Positions 7,535-14,662 of a stretch of 14,662 bases of DNA are shown piece by piece. The DNA is from Bdellovibrionota bacterium. GTDB taxonomy: Bacteria > Bdellovibrionota_C > UBA2361. Under the pieces are notes generated by a model. That model did no database searches. It saw only the letters and a program-made list of their open reading frames with translations, and had not been told where the DNA came from. The translations under genes were made by a program, and so were the position numbers. Position 1 is the stretch's first letter. Each line of letters opens with the position of its first letter. The stretch is taken from contig JBILDU010000078.1 in NCBI GenBank assembly GCA_044352465.1, positions 1 to 14,662 of the forward strand, written 5' to 3'.

Positions 7535-10165
7535 CTAAGCCGCAGCCATGGTCGGTACAGGCACCGGGACGACCGCGAGCTCGCCATCTTTGAGCTCCAC
7601 TTTGATACCCGAGCCTTCAGCGATCTCATTCGCCAGGAGCGCCCGACCGATTCTCGTCTCAAGCTGCCGCTGGATATACCGCTTTAAGGGGCGCGCACCG
7701 TAGACCGGATCGTATCCGGCTTTCGCTACATACTCCTTTGCTTCCGCAGTAATCTCAAGGGAGATATTTCGGTCGCGGAGTCGCTTCGCCACATCGGCGA
7801 TCTGGAGGTCAACGATACGAGTAATCTCCGCCAAGGTCAGCGGCTTAAACAGCACGATCTCATCGATGCGGTTGAGAAACTCCGGCCGAAAGCGACCCTG
7901 CAGATCGCCCATCACCCGACCACGCGCCCCTTCGAGGATCTCTCCCCGCTCAGTGATCCCCTCGAGGAGATGCTGTGAGCCGATATTCGAGGTGAGAATG
8001 ATGACTGTATTTTTAAAATCAACGGTACGTCCCTGCGAGTCCGTGACCCGTCCATCATCGAGGATCTGCAGCAGCACGTTGAAGACATCGCCGTGCGCCT
8101 TCTCGATCTCGTCGAAGAGCACTACCGCATACGGCTTGCGCCGCACCGCTTCGGTAAGCTGCCCACCCTCCTCATACCCAACGTACCCTGGGGGTGCGCC
8201 GATGAGGCGCGATACAGCAAACTTCTCCATATACTCGCTCATGTCGATCCGGATGAGGTTGTCCTCGGAATCGAAGAGGGTTGCCGCTAAAGTCTTGGCC
8301 AGTTCGGTCTTGCCGACCCCTGTCGGGCCTAAGAAGATGAACGACCCGATCGGACGGCGAGGGTCTTTTATCCCCGCACGGGCGCGAATGACTGCGTCTG
8401 CAACAAACTGCACCGCCTCATCCTGACCAATGACCCGTTCGTGAAGGATCGCATCCAGCTTGAGGAGCTTCTCCTTCTCTCCCTCCACCAGCCGGGTCAC
8501 CGGAATACCGGTCCAGCGGGAGATGATCTCAGCGATCTCTTCTTCGGTAACCTCTTCTCTCAGGAGGCTCTTGCCGCCCTCACGAGCCTTGATAGCCTCC
8601 TCGGCGGCTTTAAGCTCTCGCTCCATCTGCGGAATCCGCCCGTGCCGGAGCTCCGCCGCCTTCGTCAGATCCGAGCCCCGCTCGGCGCGCTCACACTCTC
8701 GCCGCATCTGCTCAAGTGATTCACGAAGCGCTTGAACCTTGTGGATTCCCTCCTTCTCAGCCACCCACTGCGCATTCATCGCGGTGGATCTCTCTTTGAG
8801 ATCGGCGAGCTCCTTCTTCAATTCACCGAGCCGATTTTTACTCGCGTCGTCTTTCTCCTTGGAGAGTGCAGCCTGCTCGATCTCCAGTTGTCGCACCCGT
8901 CGAGTCACCTCATCAAGCTCCGCCGGCATCGAATCGATTTCGGTCCGAATAGTGGCGCACGCTTCATCCACGAGATCGATCGCTTTGTCCGGAAGAAACC
9001 GCTCCGAGATATACCGATTCGACAATACTGCGGCCGCGACAAGAGCATTGTCCTGAATCTTCACGCCATGGTGAACCTCGAATCGCTCCTTCACACCCCG
9101 CAGGATCGAGATCGTGTCCTCAACGTTCGGCTGCTCCACCATAACCGGTTGAAAACGTCGCTCAAGCGCAGCATCCTTCTCGATGTATTTGCGGTACTCA
9201 TCGAGGGTGGTTGCACCGATGCAATGGAGCTCACCTCGAGCGAGCATCGGCTTCAACATATTGCCCGCATCCATCGCCCCTTCCGCCTTGCCGGCACCCA
9301 CGATAGTGTGGAGCTCGTCGATGAAGAGGATGATCCGGCCCTCCGACTTCTTCACCTCGTTCAAGACCGCCTTGAGGCGCTCTTCAAATTCGCCCCGGTA
9401 TTTCGCCCCAGCGACGAGCGCTCCCATGTCGAGGGCAAATACCGTTCTCTCCTTGAGCCCTTCCGGCACGTCGCCCCGCACGATCCTTTGGGCAAGCCCT
9501 TCGACGATAGCGGTTTTACCAACCCCCGGCTCGCCGATGAGTACCGGATTGTTTTTGGTTTTGCGCGAGAGCACGCGGATGACCCGACGGATCTCAGCGT
9601 CGCGTCCGATAACCGGGTCGAGCTTGCCTTTTTGGGCCTCACTCACCAGATCACGCCCATATCGCTCGAGCGCCTCGTAGGTTGCCTCCGGGTTGGCACT
9701 TTGCACCCGCTGATTACCCCGGATCTGGGTGAGGGTCTCCAGAAATCTCTCACGAGTGATCTGGAAGGTACTGAACAGCTTACCGGCGACGCTCTTCGTC
9801 CCCTCCTCGAGGAGAGCTAAGATAATATGCTCAACGGAGATGTACTCGTCTTTGAGCCGCTTCGCCTCCTCCTCAGCGCGGAGGAAGACTTTTTGAAGTC
9901 GCTGCGAGACATAAATCTTCCCGGCTTCAGCCCCGGGGCCCGACACCGAGGGGCGCCGGTCCAATTCGCCGTTCGCCGCATCGGCAAACGCTTTACCGTC
10001 GACTCCCATCTTGGTCAGAATGCGCGGCACAAGCCCCTCGGACTGCTCCGCCAGCGCGGCCAGCACATGCTCACCATCCACCTCTTGGTGGCCGTAACGC
10101 ACCGCTTTTACCTGCGCCGCCTGAATCCCCTCTTGGCACTTTTCGGTCAATCGATTGAAGTCCAT
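7535..10165 (-). CDS. clpB: ClpB AAA+ disaggregase (876 aa)
   Basis: Two Walker A motifs ([16 protein letters not shown]), Walker B motifs ([14 protein letters not shown]), long coiled-coil M-domain, GYVG pore loop, GARPL; GGAGG RBS. Confidence 0.98.
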   Translation of the reverse strand: MDFNRLTEKCQEGIQAAQVKAVRYGHQEVDGEHVLAALAEQSEGLVPRILTKMGVDGKAFADAANGELDRRPSVSGPGAEAGKIYVSQRLQKVFLRAEEEAKRLKDEYISVEHIILALLEEGTKSVAGKLFSTFQITRERFLETLTQIRGNQRVQSANPEATYEALERYGRDLVSEAQKGKLDPVIGRDAEIRRVIRVLSRKTKNNPVLIGEPGVGKTAIVEGLAQRIVRGDVPEGLKERTVFALDMGALVAGAKYRGEFEERLKAVLNEVKKSEGRIILFIDELHTIVGAGKAEGAMDAGNMLKPMLARGELHCIGATTLDEYRKYIEKDAALERRFQPVMVEQPNVEDTISILRGVKERFEVHHGVKIQDNALVAAAVLSNRYISERFLPDKAIDLVDEACATIRTEIDSMPAELDEVTRRVRQLEIEQAALSKEKDDASKNRLGELKKELADLKERSTAMNAQWVAEKEGIHKVQALRESLEQMRRECERAERGSDLTKAAELRHGRIPQMERELKAAEEAIKAREGGKSLLREEVTEEEIAEIISRWTGIPVTRLVEGEKEKLLKLDAILHERVIGQDEAVQFVADAVIRARAGIKDPRRPIGSFIFLGPTGVGKTELAKTLAATLFDSEDNLIRIDMSEYMEKFAVSRLIGAPPGYVGYEEGGQLTEAVRRKPYAVVLFDEIEKAHGDVFNVLLQILDDGRVTDSQGRTVDFKNTVIILTSNIGSQHLLEGITERGEILEGARGRVMGDLQGRFRPEFLNRIDEIVLFKPLTLAEITRIVDLQIADVAKRLRDRNISLEITAEAKEYVAKAGYDPVYGARPLKRYIQRQLETRIGRALLANEIAEGSGIKVELKDGELAVVPVPVPTMAAA

Positions 10166-10186
10166 AGCCCCTCCCTCTAAACTCTA

Positions 10187-11152
10187 TTAAGCCCGCGGAT
10201 TAAAAGCTGAGACCCGCGACAACTTTTCGAAATATTCACGCTCTTCACCGGAGAGCTTCCGCGGCACCGAGATCTGCAGCTCAGCGAAAAGATCCCCTCG
10301 CTCAGTCTTCGTCCTCGGCAGCCCCTTACCTTTGAGACGAAAGCGCTGTCCGCTCTGCGCCCCCGCCGGGATAGTGATTTTCAAACCTCCATCCAACGTG
10401 TCGAGATCGACCTTCGCACCGAGTGCCGCCTCCCACGGAGCTACCGGTAAGGTTGTTGTGAGATCAAAATTCTCGACTTTGAACCGGGGATGGGGGGCGA
10501 TCTTTACCTTCAGAAGGAGGTCCCCCGCTGGGGCACCGCGCACTCCCCGTGCCCCCTGACCCTGAAGCCGTATCGTCGAACCGTTCGTGGTTCCCGCCGG
10601 AATCTGCACCATCAATGTCTTGATCCCTTGAGGGCCCTCAAGCGATATCCCCGTTTTGGAACCGTTGTATACATCGCTTAAACCTAAGGTGATCTCGGCC
10701 TCCTGAGCTGCTCCGGCGCGGGGCCGAGCGCTCTCCTCAAACATACGGCCAAAATCGTGCGTGCCCCCAGCGCGAAACCCGCCGCCACCGAAGTCAAATC
10801 CAGCGCCACCTTGTGCTCCCCCGAAGAGGGCCTCAAAAAAGTCGCTGAAGCCGCCCATATCAAAACCGGCTCCGCCGGCTGAGCCAAACTGCGCACTGTC
10901 AAACCCCGGAGGTGGACGAAAATCCTGACCAGCCTTCCAGTTTGCACCGAGAGCATCGTAGCGACGGCGCTTCTCCGGGTCTTTTAAGACCTCGTAGGCC
11001 TCACCTAGCTGCTTAAATTTATCCTCGGCTCCCTCCGCCTTGTTGACGTCCGGATGGTACTTACGCGCCAGTCCGCGATAGGCTTTTTGGATTTCCTCAG
11101 CGGACGCCTCACGTTTGACCCCGAGTATTTCGTAATAATCTTGAAATTTCAC
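10187..11152 (-). CDS. cbpA: Class II J-domain chaperone (CbpA/DnaJ-like, no zinc finger), 321 aa
   Basis: DYYEILGV...YHPDVN J-domain, G/F-rich linker with FSDFFE, DnaJ-C domain with PWEAALGA. Probable start GTG 11152 (VKFQDYY); the ORF-track extension to 11257 is not homologous. Confidence 0.88.
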   Translation of the reverse strand: MKFQDYYEILGVKREASAEEIQKAYRGLARKYHPDVNKAEGAEDKFKQLGEAYEVLKDPEKRRRYDALGANWKAGQDFRPPPGFDSAQFGSAGGAGFDMGGFSDFFEALFGGAQGGAGFDFGGGGFRAGGTHDFGRMFEESARPRAGAAQEAEITLGLSDVYNGSKTGISLEGPQGIKTLMVQIPAGTTNGSTIRLQGQGARGVRGAPAGDLLLKVKIAPHPRFKVENFDLTTTLPVAPWEAALGAKVDLDTLDGGLKITIPAGAQSGQRFRLKGKGLPRTKTERGDLFAELQISVPRKLSGEEREYFEKLSRVSAFNPRA

Positions 11153-11186
11153 GCGCCTATCCTGTCTCAACCGTTCGTGGCTTAAG

Positions 11187-11192
11187 ATTATA
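11187..11192 (-). promoter_or_regulatory. Consensus -10 hexamer TATAAT upstream of the cbpA-clpB run
   Basis: Perfect TATAAT about 35 nt before the GTG. TTGAAT and TTGAAA lie upstream at non-canonical 10- and 20-nt spacing. Confidence 0.4.
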
Positions 11193-11249
11193 GGTAAGCA
11201 CGATTCAAGGGATTTCAAATAGACGGGGAAGCAGCCACCTCGACATGAT

Positions 11250-11472
11250 GAGCACAACGCCCCACACCCCCCCGATCCCCGAGGGGTGAACGCGCGATAA
11301 GCGCGAGAGGGGGCGAAAGCCCCCTGGGCAAAAGCGCCTAGCGGGAAAAAACGCGCCGAGCGGGGAAATTACGAGCACGACGCCCCATCCCCAAAGTTTC
11401 CCCAGGGGTGAACGCGCGATCAGCGCGAGAGGGGGCGAAAGCCCCCTGGGCCGAAGCGCCGAGCGGTAAAAA
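11250..11472. repeat. Tandem imperfect ~100-bp GC-rich hairpin repeat, two copies (11250-11350 and 11373-11472), REP/MITE-like
   Basis: 48-bp cores 11282-11329 and 11404-11451 differ at one base. Each contains CGCGC-N5-GCGCG and AGGGGGC-GAAA-GCCCCCT hairpins. GCGCC(T/G)AGCGG occurs three times (11334, 11353, 11456). Confidence 0.92.
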
Positions 11473-11546
11473 TAGCGACGGGTGGACTCGAACCACCGAC
11501 CTCGGCATTATGAGTGCCGCGCTCTAACCAGCTGAGCTACGTCGCC
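11473..11546 (-). tRNA. tRNA-Met (CAT), probably elongator; CCA not encoded
   Basis: GGCGACG TA GCTCAGCTGGTTAGAGC G CGGCA CTCATAA TGCCG AGGTC GGTGG TTCGAGT CCACC CGTCGCT A forms a full cloverleaf. It lacks initiator features (no C1 mismatch, no three G-C pairs in the anticodon stem). Ile2 is not fully excluded. Confidence 0.95.
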
Positions 11547-11801
11547 ACAAGAGAGTAAGGGCTCGGGGATAATACCGAAGCCTCGATTGGCAGGCTTGGA
11601 TAATTGCCCGATTTCACCATTAAGATCAAGCGCCTGGGGCGATTTAACCCTTCCCTTATGGCTCACTACCTCTCTCCTCCCCCCACGAAGCCTCCCCCTA
11701 TGACTAAAATTAGAAGCCGCTCTGGCGAGCTAAGGCATCTTAACTATTGAGGACGGGAGATTCTAACGAACTCAGACTGCACGTTGATGAAGGAGTTTGG
11801 T

Positions 11802-12260
11802 GTGGGCAAAGGCGATCAAGATAACCAGGATGGTGAATCTGTAAACGGACCTAAGGTTGCAGCCGATATTTTGAGCCGGATGAAACCCGCCGTTCAAGCG
11901 CGGTTACAAAGGGCCATTGAGGCGGTCGACCCAGCCATCGCCCAAAAGATAGCCGACAACATCATTCGCTTCGACAGCATCATCGAGCTCAACACGAAGG
12001 GACTCCAAGTTCTTCTCAAGGAGATTCCCCATCAAGACCTGGTGCTCTCTCTTAAAACCGCCAGCCAGACGGTCAAGGATATCCTGTTCAATAATATGTC
12101 TGAGCGGAAGCAGACCATGGTTCGAGAGGACTTGGCCGCGCTGCCGCCAACCCGCTTATCCGAGATTGAACAAGCACAACGCCGTATAGTCCTTAAAATG
12201 GACGAACTCAGAACAAGCGGAGCAATTCGGACCGACTCAAAAAACGACCTCTGGGTTTAG
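11802..12260 (+). CDS. Stand-alone FliG C-terminal-domain protein (152 aa)
   Basis: GPKVAADIL...DPAIAQKI...RFDSI...LQVLLKEI...LVLSLKTAS...NNMSER...ED...PTRLSEIEQAQRRIV matches FliG-C. AAGGAG at 11790-11795 supports GTG 11802 (alternative ATG 11787). Confidence 0.88.
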   Translation: MGKGDQDNQDGESVNGPKVAADILSRMKPAVQARLQRAIEAVDPAIAQKIADNIIRFDSIIELNTKGLQVLLKEIPHQDLVLSLKTASQTVKDILFNNMSERKQTMVREDLAALPPTRLSEIEQAQRRIVLKMDELRTSGAIRTDSKNDLWV

Positions 12261-12484
12261 GGAAACGCTTATTGAATGGGCTGGCTACTCGAATGCCTGT
12301 GGGGCAGACCTAAGCTCCCCGTCCCCCCATGTACACCCTTTTTATAGCCGCTGAGTTTTCCGCTCCGCGTGAGGCGGCCACTCGTTTGTCCTCCCGGTGC
12401 TCCTGCAAGCTAGCGCGGTGCGCTCAAAACTTTTGTCGGATAGGCTCAACAATTTTATTGAGACCCGTTCTGCCTGGTGGTAAG

Positions 12485-12507
12485 GTCGTTTAAGAAGTTT
12501 AAACGAC
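12485..12507. promoter_or_regulatory. Perfect 9-5-9 inverted repeat, operator-like, 4 nt before the ATG at 12512
   Basis: GTCGTTTAA-GAAGT-TTAAACGAC; AT-rich in a GC-rich context. Confidence 0.55.
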
Positions 12508-12511
12508 GCGC

Positions 12512-13195
12512 ATGGAAGCGAAGCAGCTATTCCACCAAAACCAAGCGCAGGACACCAACCTCCCCGGACGCCGTGAAGCGCTCGAGCTAGGCGTGTCAGA
12601 ACTTCTTCGGGAACATAAAATCTCTACCGCTGCTTGGGGCACAGGCTCGCACAAGAGTTTTCGTAGCCTTGTTGATGAGATTGAAAAGTCGGAGGCCCGG
12701 CTTGATTTATTTGAGGGCCGCCTCTACCGCTTTGCTTCCGTCGTACGGGTTGACGTACGTTACGCCTCCCCTCTCGATGGCAAATCACTCCAGCTTTTTG
12801 AGGCGGAGCAACGCTTCGCCGATGGTCGATGCCGCATTCGAGGTTCTGATTTCGCCGTATGGGAGAAATTAAAAATCGGTGAGGCACCGGAGCTCGGTCT
12901 AAGCCGAGCACTCCATGAGGAGTTGGGAATTCAGGGACCGGTATTCGTTATTCCCGGGACCTCCACGACGATTCACCGCCCGCCACTCGATTTTCCGGGG
13001 ATTCCGTGCCGACTCACTACCAACGATTTTACGGCTTGCATCCGTTCGAGCCAGTATTGCCCGAGTGGTTATGAGGAGCGCCAGCCGGACAAAACAACGG
13101 TCTTCAGGTGGCGTCTCGCCGCCGCTCCTCCGGTAACGGTCAACGCACGACGTTTCCTCTCTCTGAGCCCACAGAATCGGCAAGCTGAGGCCTAG
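12512..13195 (+). CDS. Hypothetical protein with a degenerate Nudix box
   Basis: EKLKIGE-x7-RALHEELGI compared with the canonical Gx5Ex7REUxEExGU; also WGTGxxK, ExxQxFxDGRxRxR, FPG and GYxExQxDKTTxFxW motifs. Confidence 0.75.
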   Translation: MEAKQLFHQNQAQDTNLPGRREALELGVSELLREHKISTAAWGTGSHKSFRSLVDEIEKSEARLDLFEGRLYRFASVVRVDVRYASPLDGKSLQLFEAEQRFADGRCRIRGSDFAVWEKLKIGEAPELGLSRALHEELGIQGPVFVIPGTSTTIHRPPLDFPGIPCRLTTNDFTACIRSSQYCPSGYEERQPDKTTVFRWRLAAAPPVTVNARRFLSLSPQNRQAEA

Positions 13196-13473
13196 GAACG
13201 CGAGGTTGTCAGGAACGAGAGGGCTGAGGCCCCACGCCAGAGAAGCCGCGATGGCGATAAGGCCACCGGATATGCACTCACCGGTAGAAGTTAACTCGAG
13301 AACCGGAGACCACCGATTTTTCGGTTGCTAAGGCTCCAGCGATGGCGCTCGCCGCCCACCAAGAAATCATGAGCGATTTTTAACGTGGCCCCTCTCTGAG
13401 GAAATGCTGCGGAGATGGCCCCGAGATGGGCTGTAAAAAGAGATTCTTACAACCCAACTCCGAAGAGCCACAC
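13155..13473 (-). pseudogene. Possible decayed membrane transporter (MFS-like) fragment
   Basis: Three frames give [31 protein letters not shown] / SLMISWWAASAIAGALA / GGLIAIAASLAWGLSPLVPDNLAFLGLSLPILW, with a stop at 13449-13447 and a frameshift at the A5 run 13377-13381. Confidence 0.35.
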
Positions 13474-13481
13474 GCGACGAG

Positions 13482-14354
13482 CTACAAGGATAGCACCGCC
13501 TTCATCTTCTTTCCTAGCTCAGCGGGAGAGCGGACGATATGGGCCCCGGCGGCCTCAAGCGCTGCGAACTTGGCTTCAGCGGTACCGGCACCTCCGCTGA
13601 TGATCGCACCGGCATGGCCCATACGGCGCCCTGGCGGAGCCGTAGCACCCCCGATGAACGAGACCACCGGTTTCTTCATGTTCGCCTTAATCCACGCCGC
13701 CGCAGACTCCTCAGCACTTCCCCCGATCTCGCCGATCATAATGACGGCATCCGTGTCTTTGTCTTGATTAAAGAGACCCAGACAATCGATGAAATTTGTG
13801 CCGTTCAAGGGATCGCCGCCGATGCCGATGCAGGTAGATTGGCCGATACCAAGCTCAGTGAGTTGGAAGACCGCCTCATAGGTCAAGGTGCCACTACGGG
13901 ACACAACACCAATCCGGCCGGGCTTGTGAATGTGTCCTGGCATGATTCCGATCTTGGCCTCTCCGGGGGTGATAATCCCGGGGCAATTGGGGCCGATCAG
14001 GCGGGTACGACGCCCCTGCATAAAGGCCTGCACCTTCAACATATCGAGCACCGGTATGCCCTCGGTGATACAGATAACAAGGTCTAAATCGGCATCAACC
14101 GCCTCCATAATCGCATCGGCTGCGAACGGAGGGGGCACATAAATCACCGAGACATTCCCGCCGGTCGCCTTCTTCGCATCGGCAACGGTGTCGAAAAGCG
14201 GAATCCCCATGAACTCCTGACCGGCTTTCCCCGGACCAACTCCAGCGACCATCTTGGTGCCGTATTCGTGACACATCTTGGTGTGAAACGAACCGGTCTT
14301 GCCGGTCATGCCTTGGGTAATAACCCTGGTCTCTTTGTTAACAAGAACGCTCAT
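13482..14354 (-). CDS. sucD: Succinyl-CoA synthetase alpha subunit (290 aa)
   Basis: MSVLVNK start with [31 protein letters not shown] and RMGHAGA (phospho-His). Confidence 0.98.
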   Translation of the reverse strand: MSVLVNKETRVITQGMTGKTGSFHTKMCHEYGTKMVAGVGPGKAGQEFMGIPLFDTVADAKKATGGNVSVIYVPPPFAADAIMEAVDADLDLVICITEGIPVLDMLKVQAFMQGRRTRLIGPNCPGIITPGEAKIGIMPGHIHKPGRIGVVSRSGTLTYEAVFQLTELGIGQSTCIGIGGDPLNGTNFIDCLGLFNQDKDTDAVIMIGEIGGSAEESAAAWIKANMKKPVVSFIGGATAPPGRRMGHAGAIISGGAGTAEAKFAALEAAGAHIVRSPAELGKKMKAVLSL

Positions 14355-14370
14355 AACGTGACCTCTAAAT

Positions 14371-14662
14371 TTACTTAACCGCCGCGACGATCTTCTTCGC
14401 CGCATCGTCCATGGTATCAGCCGGCGTGATCGCGAGCCCGGACTCAGATAAAATCTTCTTCCCAAGTTCAACGTTCGTTCCTTGGAGTCGAACCACAAGT
14501 GGGACCTTCACTCCGAGCTCCCGTGCAGCCTCAACCACACCGGAGGCGATGACGTCACACTTCATGATGCCACCGAATATGTTTACGAGAATACCCTTCA
14601 CGTTTGGATCGGAGAGGAGGATTTTAAAAGCTTCCGTCACAGTCTCTTTCGATGCCCCACCG
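14371..14662 (-). CDS. sucC: Succinyl-CoA synthetase beta subunit, C-terminal part (5' end outside window)
   Basis: [16 protein letters not shown] and [10 protein letters not shown]; directly upstream of sucD. Confidence 0.97.
   Translation of the reverse strand, partial: GGASKETVTEAFKILLSDPNVKGILVNIFGGIMKCDVIASGVVEAARELGVKVPLVVRLQGTNVELGKKILSESGLAITPADTMDDAAKKIVAAVK

Noticed and set aside
8732..9820. 362-aa plus-strand ORF and other long ORFs antisense to clpB, acs, rtcB and sucD
   Set aside because: Antisense shadows expected from codon bias in GC-rich conserved genes; no motifs.
11245..11472. Hammerhead or tRNA-associated HDV-like (theta) ribozyme
   Set aside because: TGATGAG at 11246-11252 lacks the preceding C and is absent from copy 2. 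The tRNA trailer starts with a U run rather than G, and I could not build the HDV double pseudoknot by eye.
13184..13231. Short repeats GCTGAGGCC and AGGAACG(C/A)GAGG
   Set aside because: 9-12 bp, two copies each, with no regular period; compatible with chance or the coding remnant.
14355..14498. N-terminal extension of sucD in the ORF track
   Set aside because: Overlaps sucC; the homologous start MSVLV at 14354 has its own RBS.

Overview
GC-rich bacterial chromosomal window (a sampled acs line is 37/60 GC). Most of it is a minus-strand housekeeping and stress run: tRNA-Met(CAT), CbpA-type J-protein, clpB, exported rhodanese, archease, rtcB and acs, with sucC (partial) and sucD at the right end. 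On the plus strand are a stand-alone FliG C-terminal-domain gene and a degenerate Nudix-like gene. The left 3 kb looks accessory. It holds a membrane-protein gene broken by two frameshifts that the ORF track splits (2977->2314), an HTTM/DoxX-like membrane protein, a lower-GC secreted 10-Cys protein converging on it through a shared palindromic double stop, and an exact 126-bp copy (1-126 = 1224-1349) of the membrane gene's 3' part. Non-coding structure includes a ~122-bp-period hairpin repeat abutting the tRNA 3' end, a structured repeat-containing 198-nt spacer between archease and rtcB, a perfect 9-5-9 palindrome before the Nudix gene, and a probable decayed transporter fragment after sucD. 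No CRISPR array, integrase, transposase or reverse transcriptase is visible. Family calls come from motif recognition by eye, not from database searches.
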